Source: Takakia lepidozioides (lineage: Eukaryota; Plantae; Bryophyta). Taken from it: 64,000 nt of DNA. Shown one piece after another: positions 12,301-25,500 of the stretch. Location of the stretch: contig CM060734.1 in the NCBI GenBank assembly GCA_030704615.1, positions 48,360,001 through 48,424,000 of the forward strand. The letters run 5' to 3'. Below the pieces are notes generated by a model. That model did not search any database and was not told the DNA's origin. It saw nothing but the letters and a program-made list of their open reading frames with translations. How positions within the stretch are numbered: position 1 is the stretch's first letter; the number at the start of each line of letters is the position of its first letter. Both the position numbers and the translations under genes were made by a program.

Positions 12301-14041
12301 ATGACTTCGCAGGCATAGGGGAGACTCCAACCAATCTCCAAGAGTTGATTGATTGCGCGAAGAGATACTTTGATCTTTGGGGGCTAGAGGCTAATGTCAG
12401 CAAATGTGCAGTGGTAGCATTCAACGACAGAGGAGAGGGAGGAAGTGATCTTAAGTGGCAGTGGGGTAGCCAAGAGATCCCGGTCCTCCCTTCCTACACT
12501 TACCTGGGCGTTGAGTTCTCCTCCAATTGTAATTGGGATGCACATATCCGGAAAGTTGTTCAAACTGGCAAGGGCAAAGCTCTGGGGCTCACTAAATTTT
12601 TCCACTGCAGAGGGGTCAACTCTGAGGTTAAGAAAACGATGCTTTGTCGCGTTATTAGACCTGCCTTGGAGTACGGATCTGCTATATGGGTTGATAACTC
12701 CAACCAGGCTAAGTCTCTAGAATCCATTCAAGTGGGGGTGCTTAAGGAGTGTATGTCAGCATGCTCCAAAACAGCCAATGTGGCTGTTCGGGTGAGTTTG
12801 GCATTCCGTCCTTAAGCTCCCGACGAGATGAATTCAAGGTCAGATGGTGGGGTCAGCTGCAACATATGCCCAACACCAGATATCCTAAATTAATCGACTC
12901 TATATCTTGGAAACAGGACCGCCCTGTCAAACAGGCTAAGTCCTGGCAGAAGAGAGTAGAAGAGATCCTCAAGGACCTGGACCTGGATCCGCAAGTCTTG
13001 ACCCTGCTGGATAAATCTGACTTAGAGGCTGTAGTGTCCTCAGCCATGTCTGTTGCCATGAGATTGTCTGATGAAAATGAAGTTAGGCAGAAAACTTCCC
13101 TGAACTTGTTTCCAGTCTGTGACATGGGGGAGGACATCTTGGATGACCTCAAGGGTCTACCCACTCTCGGCACTAGACTGAAATTTAAACTCAGGGCAGG
13201 AAGCCTACCTTTGAACAGCAAACAGAAGCAGAGAGGAAAGGGAGAGTGCAATTGCCCGTTGTGTGGGCAATCTGAAGACAGTATTCATTTTCTGATACAC
13301 TGTCCGGGGTTGTCTCACCAAAGAGACGCTCTCTTCAAATCTATTAAGGGAATTGTGCCTGTACCCCTGTTTACCAACTTTGAAAGTCTCGAGGCTGAGC
13401 CAAAAGCCCAGGCCCTCCTGAGGCCTAGTTTTTGGGCAAATCACACACAGCAGATTGATGCTTGTGTGAAGGGATTTCTAGAGGATATCTGGAAAACCCG
13501 GATTAATTCTTTATATGGAGGTAAGTCTTACTACCAACGTCAGCCCCTGACAGAGGTAGGTTCTGTCCCTTTTGTTCCCGCTCAAACTGGGCGCGGGGTC
13601 AATGGCCACAAGGCTACGGCAAACAACGTCTTATGAGTACAATCTCTCTCGTTGGCACACGTTCAACTCCTCAAACCCCGTGTATATGCCTTTACAGGAT
13701 ATAGGAGACAACGTGGGTATTACAAAGCAAGCTTTGTCGGTTGACGTACCTATGAAGTCAATGACAAGACGCCCATCTGAGTAGCGATTGCGACCGGGCT
13801 GATTGTAGAACGTATATGATTCCCCATACGGATAATTCAGCGTTGTCGAAGGAAGACCAGGAAATGCGGCCTGCACGTTTCCCGTATCAGTCAGCGAGTC
13901 ACCGAAGGCATATATCGCATGTGGACATTCCGGGGCAGTGGCATTCACTATGACGACGAACACCACTAGAAACTCAAGCACCAAGGCTCCTAGCCGGAGA
14001 ACTGACATTGGGCGGGAGTTGGGAGTGGTAACATACGCCAT
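9326..14041 (-). CDS. GDSL esterase/lipase B1, apparently intact, predicted 394 aa. Exons 14041-13750, 11092-10907, 10445-10291, 10018-9751, 9609-9326.
   Basis: Hydrophobic N-terminus, then FGDSLTDTGN, RYSDGRLVIDF, GANFAYSGATA, IPEIGGND, ACCG and WDGIHYT. Exon lengths 292+186+155+268+284 = 1185 nt, in frame, with GT-AG sites. The exon-3 acceptor is the least certain. Confidence 0.88.
11519..13642 (+). mobile_element. 5'-truncated, frameshifted non-LTR retrotransposon (RTE/RTEX-like LINE), antisense in intron 1 of GDSL B1
   Basis: KAGGPDGI, PGNYRGITLL, FLDVKKAYDTVW, QGCTLSPLLF, MFADDF, YTYLGV and a C-terminal CPLC..HFLIHC. Absent from the duplicate at 25260-25274. Clade assignment is tentative. 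Confidence 0.92.
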
Positions 14042-14333
14042 CTTCTGAAGATGCTAGAGCCTGGATATGAAAATATGCACAAGAAATGATCAGCTAATTA
14101 TGTTATAGCTCGCTGATCTGTGAAATAAATTCCCCCTCCAAATCCAGCTGCTCGATTTGCAGGCCTATGTGGAGAGCTGTACCATCAAGCAGCTAGATGG
14201 TGCTCTTAGTGAGAACTGAATGCTCAGTGTCCAGAACTTTTCCTAGCAGACTTGAGCCCTCTCAAGTCTATCCCTCATCTACCCTTCTCTCACTCTTAAT
14301 CAACTCTTGAACCCTCTCTCTCTCTCTGATCCT

Positions 14334-14594
14334 TGTCGTGCACTTCCAACTCCGCAAGCCCAATATACTTTTATATCAACTGTTCACAACACAACAAGGA
14401 TTACAAGTGAGCGGTCAGTACGTCCGCAGCGTCGACAGGCCACGTTCGCGGGAGGCAGCCCTGCAGCGATGGGCATGTTCATGGCAGGTTGCTGCTTTAG
14501 TCACGCCTCCATCGCCCCCTTCCCTTGTCTCCCGCTCTGCTGCACATCGTCTCTTCCCTGTACCTTCCCATGTCTGTAAGCCTCTTTCTCGACA
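14334..14594 (-). mobile_element. LTR-like fragment related to the terminus of the DNMT-carrying gypsy element (duplicate at 25959-26219)
   Basis: TGTCG...CGACA ends. Shares GCAAGCCCA, ATGTTCATGGCAGGTTG and CCTCCATCGCCCC, in the same order, with 53371-53548. No clean TSD. Confidence 0.55.
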
Positions 14595-14908
14595 CAATCT
14601 AAGTACTCACCACTACCAACCTTCTTACTAGACCAACCTTTTCTTTTACCTCTCAACATGTATCCGCAATACTAATTGCTGTTGTTTCGGATGCCGATGA
14701 TGTAGGACTTCTTATTGGTCTTTAGTGAGGGTTGATTGAGTTCAAGGAGCCTCTGTCAAGGGAATGTTGGGTCATTCAAGTATATTCATCTAACTCATTC
14801 TTTCATGCGGGGAGAAACAAAATCTCATAGAGCTAGATATGTTGACAACAAGAATCAAACTATTCTGATAACATACCCCGGGGGCCAGGGTAAATTAACG
14901 GTCCGGAC

Positions 14909-15607
14909 CAGTGTTGGGCGGTTCTCTGGTTTTCGGTAGAACCTGCAGGGTAGGTTCTATCTTGCGGAAGGTAAATAGAGAACCTAGGGGGCGGGTACTT
15001 AAAAACATGGACAGTTAGAAAACCTGCAGTGCAGGGTATATCTCTGAGTTACATTTCCACAGGTATGTTTTATACCGGTTCTTTAATGCAATTATCCACC
15101 AAATCCGGTGCTCGGGTATATGGGTAGAGAACCGTATAGAGAACCGAGAGATGACCCGGTTATGAGTTCAAAAGTTATTATGGACAGAATAAAAAAATGT
15201 GCATGTATGAGATGGCCACAATTGTCAATAATTAAACTCATTTTCTAGCACAACTAACACTAAACTTCCTCTAGATTGCACTATTGGCATGTTGGCATTC
15301 GGTTCTAGCATTTTCACTACCCTTCTTCCTCAAGGCTTCCACGCTAACCTTAGATAACCGCCCTTATACCCATGTGTTGGGTGCATTTACCCTTACCCTC
15401 CCCTCTCATTCCAACTCGTAGGTCGTAGGTGTTAGCTATTAGAGAACGCCCGGTTCGATGAAGTTCACTGGTAAATAGATTTTGGTATCCTCCGGTTCAA
15501 TCTTGACTAGGGCATTTGAAATTTTAATACCCGAGGTTAAGGGGGTACATACCCGGGTCCGGAACCGGCGGTTCTTTCACCCAAATCCAAAGAACCGCCC
15601 AACTCTG
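14909..15607. mobile_element. hAT-type MITE, 699 bp
   Basis: TIR CAGTGTTGGGCGGTTCT / AGAACCGCCCAACTCTG (1 mismatch). 8-bp TSD GTCCGGAC (14901-14908) / GTCTGGAC (15608-15615). Repeated GAACC/GGTTC subterminal motifs. Confidence 0.88.
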
Positions 15608-17207
15608 GTCTGGACCTATGGCACAACACAATAACAAGGAAGTTTTTTCTTAAAACAGTCCAATACTCAAGGGCTACCTCCCCTTTCTGGGAATAAATAA
15701 ATAAAAATAAAATGGCGAAGCTAATTCATGTTTTCAACACTTTAAATTAATACGGGGTTTTAATTTTTTTCCCCACAAATAATTATTATAATAAATTTCC
15801 AGGGAAAAAATTAAAATTAAAATAACAAAATGTTTCAGAGTTGGTATCCCCCTCCTATGCTTCACGACTTTCTTTCACGGCTAATTTTTTATTGTTTCCT
15901 TTAAATTTGACAATCGGGCACTGCTCCCTTTTTCATAAAATAAAAGAAAATAAATCCACTGACAAATAATTTTATTGAAGAGGAAAAAAAGTAAAACCCC
16001 TGAGAAGCCATAAGGTAGATTACACACCCACTGTTGAGGACGAGCCTAGCCTACCCAAGAGAAAAACGGCAATTACCACACGTCTATGTGTGGACCAATA
16101 GAAAAAGGGAGCAAGAAATTCATTTTTTAGCATATTAGTGTGTGGTCCAATATAAATAGACGCCGTAGATGGTGGTGGGCTACTGTGGGCATAAACCCGG
16201 AGCCAACCCCGCGAGGCGAGTAGAAACCGGGTCCGGGTATCCCCTTGGGTTCAGGGTAGGGTCCGTGTCGGTAGGACGCAGTTACCCAACACTGGCATAT
16301 AGCGATACCCTCCAAGCCTGATATGTGCTTGAAAATTTGGTAGCTCATAAGTTACCAGTATATCAGATCCATTTTGTGAGGAATGCCTAGTGCACGTGGC
16401 ACAATGCACCTAAGTGGGCCCCCTACCTTCCTGCCCGATTGCTGCAATTCACGGCAGCATCGTGGCCATCGCTAACCCTTTGCCCCAATTTGAAGGAGAG
16501 GTGAATTTGAAACATCTGAGCAGAGATCTCCCACTCTCGACTCCACTGCCGCAGTAGCAGATCCATGAAAAGCGAACAGAGCCGATGATGCCGGCCCGGT
16601 GAGATCAAAGCCCTTGGAGAGGTGCTGGCTCAAGATCTGGAGATAGTGCCACCCACGCTTTTCTCCCTGACATCGGTTCCTATCAGCAGTCCCCCTGTAG
16701 GTCATGGAATGGTCCCACAAAGTGCAGGCATCGTGGTGATCTTCCCCACTATTACAACCTCTTCGTTGTTACAATACGGCAAGGCTTGCATGTACTTCAG
16801 GCAGTTGTTGGTCCTGCCGTCCTGCCCGCAAGAGAGACCAATGTTGCTGGATGACTGTTTCTGGATGGATTACATCGTGTCAAGTTACAAAAAAAGTATA
16901 GTAGGCATTAGCAGTGGGTCGTAGTAGTTCACATGGGCATTTTATAGAATGGATGACATGTGGTTAGCATAATAGACTTAATCTTTGCATTCTTTGCATG
17001 AAAACAGTGTATGGAACAATGACTTGGAGGGACTCAAGCTATAGGTAGACCCAAATTGTAATGGTCAAATTGACCCGAAATTGACTGGACTAATTTGACA
17101 GAATTATTACAGGTCTCCGTTCCCATTTTTGTTAAAAGATTAAAGAACAACTCGTAGTACTAGTTTTTCATTGCAAAGAAGTCGGTGTAGGTTGTTTTCT
17201 CCTCTAG

Positions 17208-17286
17208 GCTCTCACTATACTTAAGGGGCCTGATTTGTGAGCTGTCGCTCCCCCCCGTGTTTCTCTTTTCAAACCAAAAAAAAAAA
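17208..17286 (+). mobile_element. Short poly(A)-tailed retroposon 3' end, diverged relative of 6447-6525
   Basis: CTCACTA..GGGCC..ATTTGTGAGCTG.CGCTCCC..GTGTTTC.CTTTTCAAA followed by an A-run. Confidence 0.55.
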
Positions 17287-19179
17287 GACAAGACTTGGGA
17301 TAAACCGTGCGTGTGAGAAACAATAAGTATATGGCTGCTGACAATGGAGGTGCAACAATGGAGGTGGGGGTAAAGTAGACGTTCAGCATTATACAAAACC
17401 CAATGAATTATTCATGGTCCACATGAAGGTCAATAATGGCATAAATAAATAAATAAATAATGGCATGTACTTTCAGGTGCATCTCTGAGCATAGTAAGAC
17501 TTGAATGGTAAACGAACAATGTATTGCATATGTTTTTCCGCCATCCTCTCTCCACTCCTTGATATAGAGAATGGTGTCCACTCATGTTCAGAATCTTGGA
17601 CGACTTCTGAACAAAACAATTAGAGGGATCACACTCAGAAACGGCAGTGATGCAGCTGACTGTACTGTGGAGGGTGCCCCCTTTCAAGGAAAAACCATTC
17701 TTGCATCCGCGAGATGAACCCATGATTTCGAATCATCTTGACCATGAAATAGTGCAAACTGAGCTACTTTTACGACCACGACTCAAGTTACACTGCTTCT
17801 GTGGGTCTCTGCCAAAAAGCAAGTGTCTGTATGATGGCCATAATTAAGCAAGGACTAGCGAAATCCCATATTACCTGTGCATTGTAATGTGACCCAATCC
17901 GTTCCTGTAAATTATGATGTGGATTCTGGGTTTTTATGACAATATATGATTCTATGCAGGGTTGAGAGAAAACCAAGGTCGTATTTTTCCACTCACCAGA
18001 ACCTGGAGGATTTCGGACTGCAGATTGGAGCACCAAGAAACAATCGTTGTACACCACGCCCAACCCTGGCAGCCTAGCTCTCCAGTTATTAGCGAACATG
18101 CTTCTTAGGCCACTGTTAAAACTCAGAGCCGTTGTTTGCAGAAGACATGCCCCCCGTTCTGTGGTACCTGCTGAGCATTGAATTGAGGGGACACACCCCC
18201 TTCTGCTAAGCCATTCCCAACACCACTCTTGCATCTGAAGTGCCAGCTTCTGTGCCAATTGCTGTTAGACTGCAAGTTCCTGCGTCAGTTCCAGCTCCTG
18301 TTCCGATTGCAGTTTCACTGGCAGTTCCTGCCGTGGGTGAGGTGCTTGCATCTGGTCAGATTTCAAAAGTGGATGTCCCTCAGGCCCCTATCAATAACGT
18401 GGCTGCTTCTCCTATAGTGCCAGAGGAGGGCAAATTTGTTGTGGATGTTCCTTGTTCTGCAATAGTTGCTTCTGGAGTTGATCCTGAGTTGGTTGCCCAT
18501 CATGCACCTGAGGTTCTGGCTACAAGTCATCCTGCAGCTACCAATGCTCGATTGCACAATTCTTTCTTGCAAGGCAACATCATGTCGCACTCGACATTTA
18601 AATTCACCTTCGTTAAGGACCCTGCGACAATGTCATCTTTGGTTGGAGGTAGTCCTGGACAGTAGAAACTGTACAGACATTTAGTTGAAGCATGAAGCAT
18701 GAGCTTTCTTTGAGCTCGATACTGTAGTATGAAAAAAAAATGCTATATAGGAGGAGCATTGCTCTATAGTATACAAGCAAGCTAGTTAAGCCATTAGAAG
18801 ATTGGAGAATCACTCAACATTTTGTGACTATGCCAGTGGAAAAAACAGAAATGATCAACTTTTTGTGACTGTCACTGAAAAGCTACTCCAATCATGAATT
18901 GGTGTACCTCCACAGTCCAAATTTGGTAAGTTCAAAATGTGCTTACAGGAAGATAAGCTCAAATTAGGGTAACATTAACCATAAGCTGGGGTGAACAGAG
19001 CTGGGCTACACCAAGCAGGGTAACAGGAGTGGGGGTGATAGGGAAGGGAATGTCACTCCAATCGGTCCAACTCCAATTTAATGTCACTGAAAGTGCAAAA
19101 TTGCCTATATAAAACGTACTACTAGGAAAGAATAATAATGATGCCTCCTGAAGGAAGCCTAAATTATGGTGTCTCTTGA

Positions 19180-19545
19180 CTTGAAGGGCTATTGTCTGGA
19201 AGGTGGGCACTGGACACCTTTGTGACAAGTGGATTGAACCCAAGACCACTTCCCAGGTGGTATGTGCCCAATACCATCGGGCTACAACTTGGTTGCCAAC
19301 TATGTACAAGGTGTCCAACCCTCCAGCCAGGAGGCAGTTGTCCTTTGGTGTCAAGAGACACCATAACCCAGTATTCGAGATTCTCCGCTCGGCAATGTTG
19401 TGGCAAATTTGGAAGGCTCGGTGCAGATGGACATTAAACAATGCCTCCTTCTCCTGTACATAAATCCTGGTTTGTGTTTTCTATGATGTTACTATTGCAG
19501 CTAAGTTGGCTTGGCAAAAACTATGTGCAGAAGCAGACAGGAAAC
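19180..19545 (+). mobile_element. L1-like fragments spanning the duplication breakpoint at 19367
   Basis: RAIVWKVGTG..DKWI (resembles the L1 W.VG.G..W.D.W motif) joined in frame to PVFEILRSAMLWQIWKARC. Confidence 0.55.
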
Positions 19546-22500
19546 CGAACGAAAAGATTCCCTCCTTGCCTCCTTCAGAGCATCTTGGGGAAGAGGAGGA
19601 ATCATTTGTTGCTGCATTGATATGGACTCCTGTATATGGGCAGACTCCATACCTGAACTCTGGAAACACCAATGGAGCACCGTCTTCGGCCTCCCCTGAC
19701 TTGGACTCGGCAGATATAAACTAGAAGCACATAAGGAGGGGGTCTAAATCTAAGTTGATCTTCCTCAGATAGGAATCTTCCGAGTTTCACTCCTTGGCCG
19801 TTCTGGCCCGTGCTCTTACTGTTCGTCGTTCCGTTCGGTTCCCTCTGCTCTAGGGCACCTCTCTCTCATGGAGGTTTTCATTGCTAGGAACTAATCCCAG
19901 ATTAGCTCTCTGCACTACCGTAGTGGGAAGGCTGATCCGACACTAAATAATTAGAAATGAATCTGCCTAATAATTAAGTGAAAATTTAGGAAAAACTGCC
20001 GAAATTCCAGAAACTTTACAAAAAAATGCCTAAAATCTCAAACAAACTCCAAATATCAAATCTCCAAATGCATGTTTCAAGGCATAAAGCTCTAGGAAAA
20101 TATTTTCCTTAGCTCTAAGAAATCCTAGAATAATTGTCTGAACAATCACTCCATTTGATGATTGACCAGATGTTCTCATGGCTCTTAACAACCCACATAA
20201 TTTTATTTTATTTTTGTTTGTTTTTTTTTTGAAAAAAGGGAAACACTTGGGAGCGCCAGCTCACAAATTTGGCCCTTTAGTAGTGAGAGGATTTTCTCCC
20301 TTGACTTCAAACATGATGCGTAGTCTCTAGTCTCTCATTAAACTTGAATATAGCCCATCTATCTTGACGCTGTTCTCAAAAGTGGTCGCTAGTAGTGCGG
20401 AGCAACGCGAAGCCCTAGTTAAAATTATGAGGGGTAATGCCAAAACGCGGCGGGTAGTTTGGTGGCTGGATGCATTGACCATTACCACAGGGATGCGAGA
20501 AACCATAGCCATGGCGCGATGGAAATTGTATGTTTAAGGATTTGACTAAGGTACCATTAAAGTCTTGTATATCCAAAAAATGCCGAGTCCCTCAAGCGGA
20601 TCTCCGCTCCCTTGTTCCCAATCGTTGCTCCCCTGTCCCCACATATATACCGCTCCCTTGTGTGTCCGCCACTCCCTTGTCGTCTTGCTCCCCTATGTTA
20701 CCGCTCCGCCGCTCCCCTGTTACTACTCCGGGCTCCCTTATGCTATTGCAATAACAACGGAGCGGGGAGCGGGAAGAGGGGAGTGCCGAGGTGGGAATAA
20801 TGGAGCGTGGGACCCTCGGAGGGCCTTGAAGTAGCTCTATCCATTTGGCAAATATAACCTATATAATTTTTTTCAGCTAATGATGCTTTTGGAGATATTA
20901 CGGGTGCCACCAGCCATCGTTAGATACTGAGCCGCACCACGAGAAAAAGTTGGGGTGGGGATTTGATCAGGGGCCCACGAGGGGCCCTCCGGTTAGCTCG
21001 CTCCGGTTAGCTCCCTCCAGTTAGCTCCGGGAATCGGCAAGCCTCGCACAAGCGCATTAAACTCCCATCCTATGTCTAGTGTAAACCTCCGTAATATGGT
21101 GGCACTAAAAATCAATCCCATACATGCTCGGCTGCCTTGCAATTTCACTGGCAGGGCCCCCAATCATTTGTAGTTTGATATACTCAGGAGGATTGAGCTT
21201 ATGGGCGAAACAAAGACAGGCTGACAGAACCTACATACCTACAATTGTGTTGGTTTTCAATGTCTTCGTTTGTCATCGTCGTGTTCATCAAAGTTAACAT
21301 AATACTTGTCAAATACACTTTGGCTAATTGACTTGCAGAGAGAGAAAACTCCGACCTGAGGTCAACGTAACTAAGAGCCACTTCGCCTTTGGGGGGTGGG
21401 CCTTATTAATTGACTTGCACTGTTTATCCACATGTATGGAGAAAGTGCCTCAATCATGCATTTATGTAGATTCCAATGGTGGGCAGTAATTTGGCTTATA
21501 TGGTGGCTATATGGACAGGTGGTTTGAACGGGTCTTGATGATGCAATAATCCACCACTGCCATATTATGGCGAATTTTGGGACTCATATTCCACGGTAAT
21601 TCTTTTGTACACTCCCCCTTGAAGAAATCATCTGGTCAGATTTCACTAGAAAGAAAACTCCTCTACCAATTTGTGTAAATTTCCAAAGGTCGGGAGCAAT
21701 GTCCAAAGAAGGAGCCTCAGCGATTCCCATGTGGATAGTATTTGTAGATAATATCTGTACATACCCGATCCTGTAGAGATCCATTTTTACAGAGACATCC
21801 AAAAAACATTAATCTTTGGCAACTAAGAAATAAGGTCATGTGCGAGGGGGAGGGTGTTGGATTATCCACACCTTATTTGTATTACATGGTACCGTCTAGT
21901 TGGTTCCAGCAGGTAGTTAGATTAGCCTTGAGTTAATGGTGACAGGGACTTGGGCCAGTACTCCCACTGTAAAATATGCATATGCAATTTTTCGAATAAG
22001 TTTGTGATCACTTACTAGTGTGTGATGTGTGATCTTTCAAACGTAAGCGTCTGTCAACAGTAGGATGAGGAGGTGGGGACGAGGTGGTGCCCGCCCCTTC
22101 TAGAAGGCTCCACTACCCCCCTGAGATAGTATATATAGATCAAGGTGAGGGCTGACATGGTTTTTAAAGGCTCCACTTTACTTTGGTTTCTCCTGATCAT
22201 CTTCAAATGAGTAAATAAGGGGGGGATTTCCAAAAATCCAGAGCAATACAAGCAATGTGTGCCCATATTTCGGCACTAATGGATGCAAACCATCAATCAT
22301 TGATGCGCCAATACGGGTGCCACCATCTTTCCCTTCCTCCACTAGGTCCATCTAGTTTGTTTCAGATACAGGCCTCAACTGCGGAATATTTGTGAGGGGT
22401 CATCCAGAAAGTAACTCGTCAAAAGAAGTAACTAGTACTTTTTATTCACCCCGGGTAATCTTGCATTAGCTTTCAAACTGAAAGGTGGGTTCGCCCTTCA

Positions 22501-25500
22501 AATCCAATCCTGATCATGCTCATGTAATTTTGCATACATAAGTAATATAATAAGTTGTAATTCAGAGCAGCTTTGAAGGGATGACGCACTGCTTATCAAG
22601 GCCTTATCAAAGGGTTGGGCACGACGCATGAGCACGGGAGCTGTCTTTATTAGACTCGGAGACCCACGACGACTATCGCAGAACGTCTTCTGAACTATGT
22701 ACATGTTCCGTTCTTGGGTTTAGATCCTCGTGCGTCTGTGAGCTTACATTAAAGCTCTTGCATGGTTTCCATCGTGCGAGTATCCTGACAGAACTATTAG
22801 CAAGAGCTTAATTTAGTACCACTTACCGTTTCGGATTTTTCATGCTAGAATCGAGCTAGAATCTCTGTATTAGTTGGAGCTGACCAACCAGATTATGCGA
22901 GATTATGTATAACGTATCACTCTTGAACCAGGGCCTGCTCTGTAGCAGTGTACATGATCACAAACTGTGCTGCTTCAGATGAGGCTTTCGTGCTACCCAA
23001 CACCAGAATCCCAGCAACCAGAATCCCAGCAGCCAACCGAAGCTGGTCCAAATCTCATTCAAGTACTCAATTAGGAATTTATACCAGAGAACTTAAGTCA
23101 AGATCGCACAGTGATCTCAGATTTATGGGTGGATATATGTATTTTCCAGTGAGGAAGAAATTAGCTAACACCCTGTAAAAAGCTTGAGTATAGTGGATAC
23201 CATCCCAGATGATATATTGTGATGGATCAGGACAGGCAGTGACAGTCATAGTGGTATTGGTACCAGGTATGGTTCCAGTATTGCCACAGGCAACATAAGG
23301 GTTATAGTTGTACTGGCCACCAAACCCGCAGCAGGCAGTCAAAGTAGCATTCACCAAAAATCCTGCATACATACAAAGACAGTTTGAAAAGGTCACTTTC
23401 GTTCTCTTACTTGCGGAAGCCACTACATCACGCACATGACTTGCAAGTTGAGTGCATAGGTGATGGTCTGAAATAAGCAAGAAAGATCATATGTACTGCT
23501 CACCATATTTGGTAGGATTTGTCAGAATCTCCACATTGGCACTATACCAGTCGAAAAGATAGATGTTGGCATCCGCCAATTGCCCTCGAAGTATAGCAAG
23601 CGAAGCATTGAGCTGCGTATTGTAGGCCTGATCCAACTCGTTGATTCCTTTCAAACAGCCAAGACTGTCATAGGGGCTAAAGCCGGCGAAATCGGTGAGG
23701 AGAAAGGAAGCGCACCCTTCTGGTGGAATTGTACTCAAGAAAATAGTTCTGGCTCCATTGGCATAAAGTTGCTGCAGATGACTTCCCTCAAGTGAATTAG
23801 CTCCGAACCAAACGTCAAGAAGCACATCATCAATGGCTACAAGCAAGTAGAAATGAAAACTACATATACATAGCAAAAGTCTCCTTTGCCTGCAATGTTT
23901 GAATAATTGGCCTGCAGTGACTATGTCTGCTTTGGCCCTGCTAATTATGAAGAACCGTAGTCTAATTTTTGTTCTTGCCCGGGGCTGGACAAGTAACGGA
24001 CAAATTTTCTGAACACAGCTCAAGGAGCAATTTGGTAACCCACCTCCACTGCAGATATGACAGCTGCTAGAATCTGAGGCACGATCGTTGCAATGATCGT
24101 CGAACTATTCATGCCCCGCCGAAGCGCATACGTGATGTCGTTTCCCCCATTGGGTATGATGTAGAATGCCTCAGTATCGAAGAAAGAGGGGTCGCCTACG
24201 GCATAGGGGGCACGTAAGAGTTCAGCACGGGTCATCTGAAACCTACAAACTTACGACAGCATCCTCCCTGGGAAGATAATTGTATGTCCCGGGCTGACTT
24301 ATGTCGATGGAACGGACTAGAAATAGCTAGCCCCACACGAGTTATGTGCCATCCAGGCTTTCTTGGGTAGAACTTTGTGAACAGTTGATTGTACTTGTCT
24401 GATTGAAGTCATGGTGGTGGCAAGTGCTGAGCTCCGTGTTTGATATAGGGGAGCTTTTTGTTATGAGACTACTCTAGATCTAGTCTGCTGAAGCTTGACA
24501 AAAGAAAGTGGAAACCAATCTGCTCAAGTCAAGATCAATGTCAATGTAACAAAACACACGGTCTGTCGGTAGAGTAGTACTTTGACAAGGAGACTTCAAG
24601 TGACTCAAGTGAATTTAAAATAAAACATTGACCGCTAGGCGTGTTATGATGCATACTTCCAGACTGTGACAAGTTTTTGAAGTAGAAGTATTGGTTGAGT
24701 TGAAGCTGCAGGAAAAAGGGGACTTCAAAATTGTCATTTCGCGCAGTGGCTCCGGAGTAGGCAAAATTGGCACCGTGACGATAATTAGCTCTGTTCAGAG
24801 CGTGCACATATGGTGCGAGAAATGGGAAATCGAAAGCCTGCACTGCTTTCAACAAGAATCCAAGCAATTAGTATGTTCGACGGGCAGTTAGTAACTGCAT
24901 CTTGCTGCATCTTTTGAAGTGAATAATTACGATATATATATAACTCTTTTCACCTAGCTCTAGACTCACTCAAAGTCACCGAGGCCCCAGTGTGTGCATA
25001 TATACATGTATATACACATTTGTATGAATACACATGTTTTTTCCAGATGGAATCGATCGTGAGGATAAGACTCATCTTCAGAGTCACAATACCAAGTGCG
25101 CATAAACTTCTGAACACGGCCGATTCTCCTAGCCTCAGAACTTCCCTCAAATTTTCTGTAGAACGTGAACCTCGTGGACTCAAGCTTATTCTTCACTAAT
25201 ATGCATATGCGGTTTCTGTTTCGGAACTTCCCCAAATCTTAATATACTCTAGCTGAACCTCTCTCTTTCTCTCTCGTTGGCACACGTTCAACTCGTCAAA
25301 CCCGTGTATATGCCTTTACAGGATATAGGAGACAACGTGGGTATTACAAAGCAAGCTTTGTCGGTTGACGTACCTATGAAGTCAATGACAAGACGCCCAT
25401 CTGAGTAGCGATTGCGACCGGGCTGATTGTAGAACGTATATGATTCCCCATACGGATAATTCAGCGTTGTCGAAGGAAGACCAGGAAATGCGGCCTGCAC

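Larger units (their letters stand above)
5602..14834 (+). repeat. Copy 1 of a direct segmental duplication (partner 19367-26453)
   Basis: Colinear near-identity from CCCAGTATTCGAG (5602/19367) to CTCATAGAGCT (14834/26453). The main difference is the 2124-bp LINE. Confidence 0.95.

Noticed and set aside
16130-16295. Second hAT MITE ending in CCCAACACTG
   Set aside because: Only one plausible terminus; no matching left TIR or TSD found.
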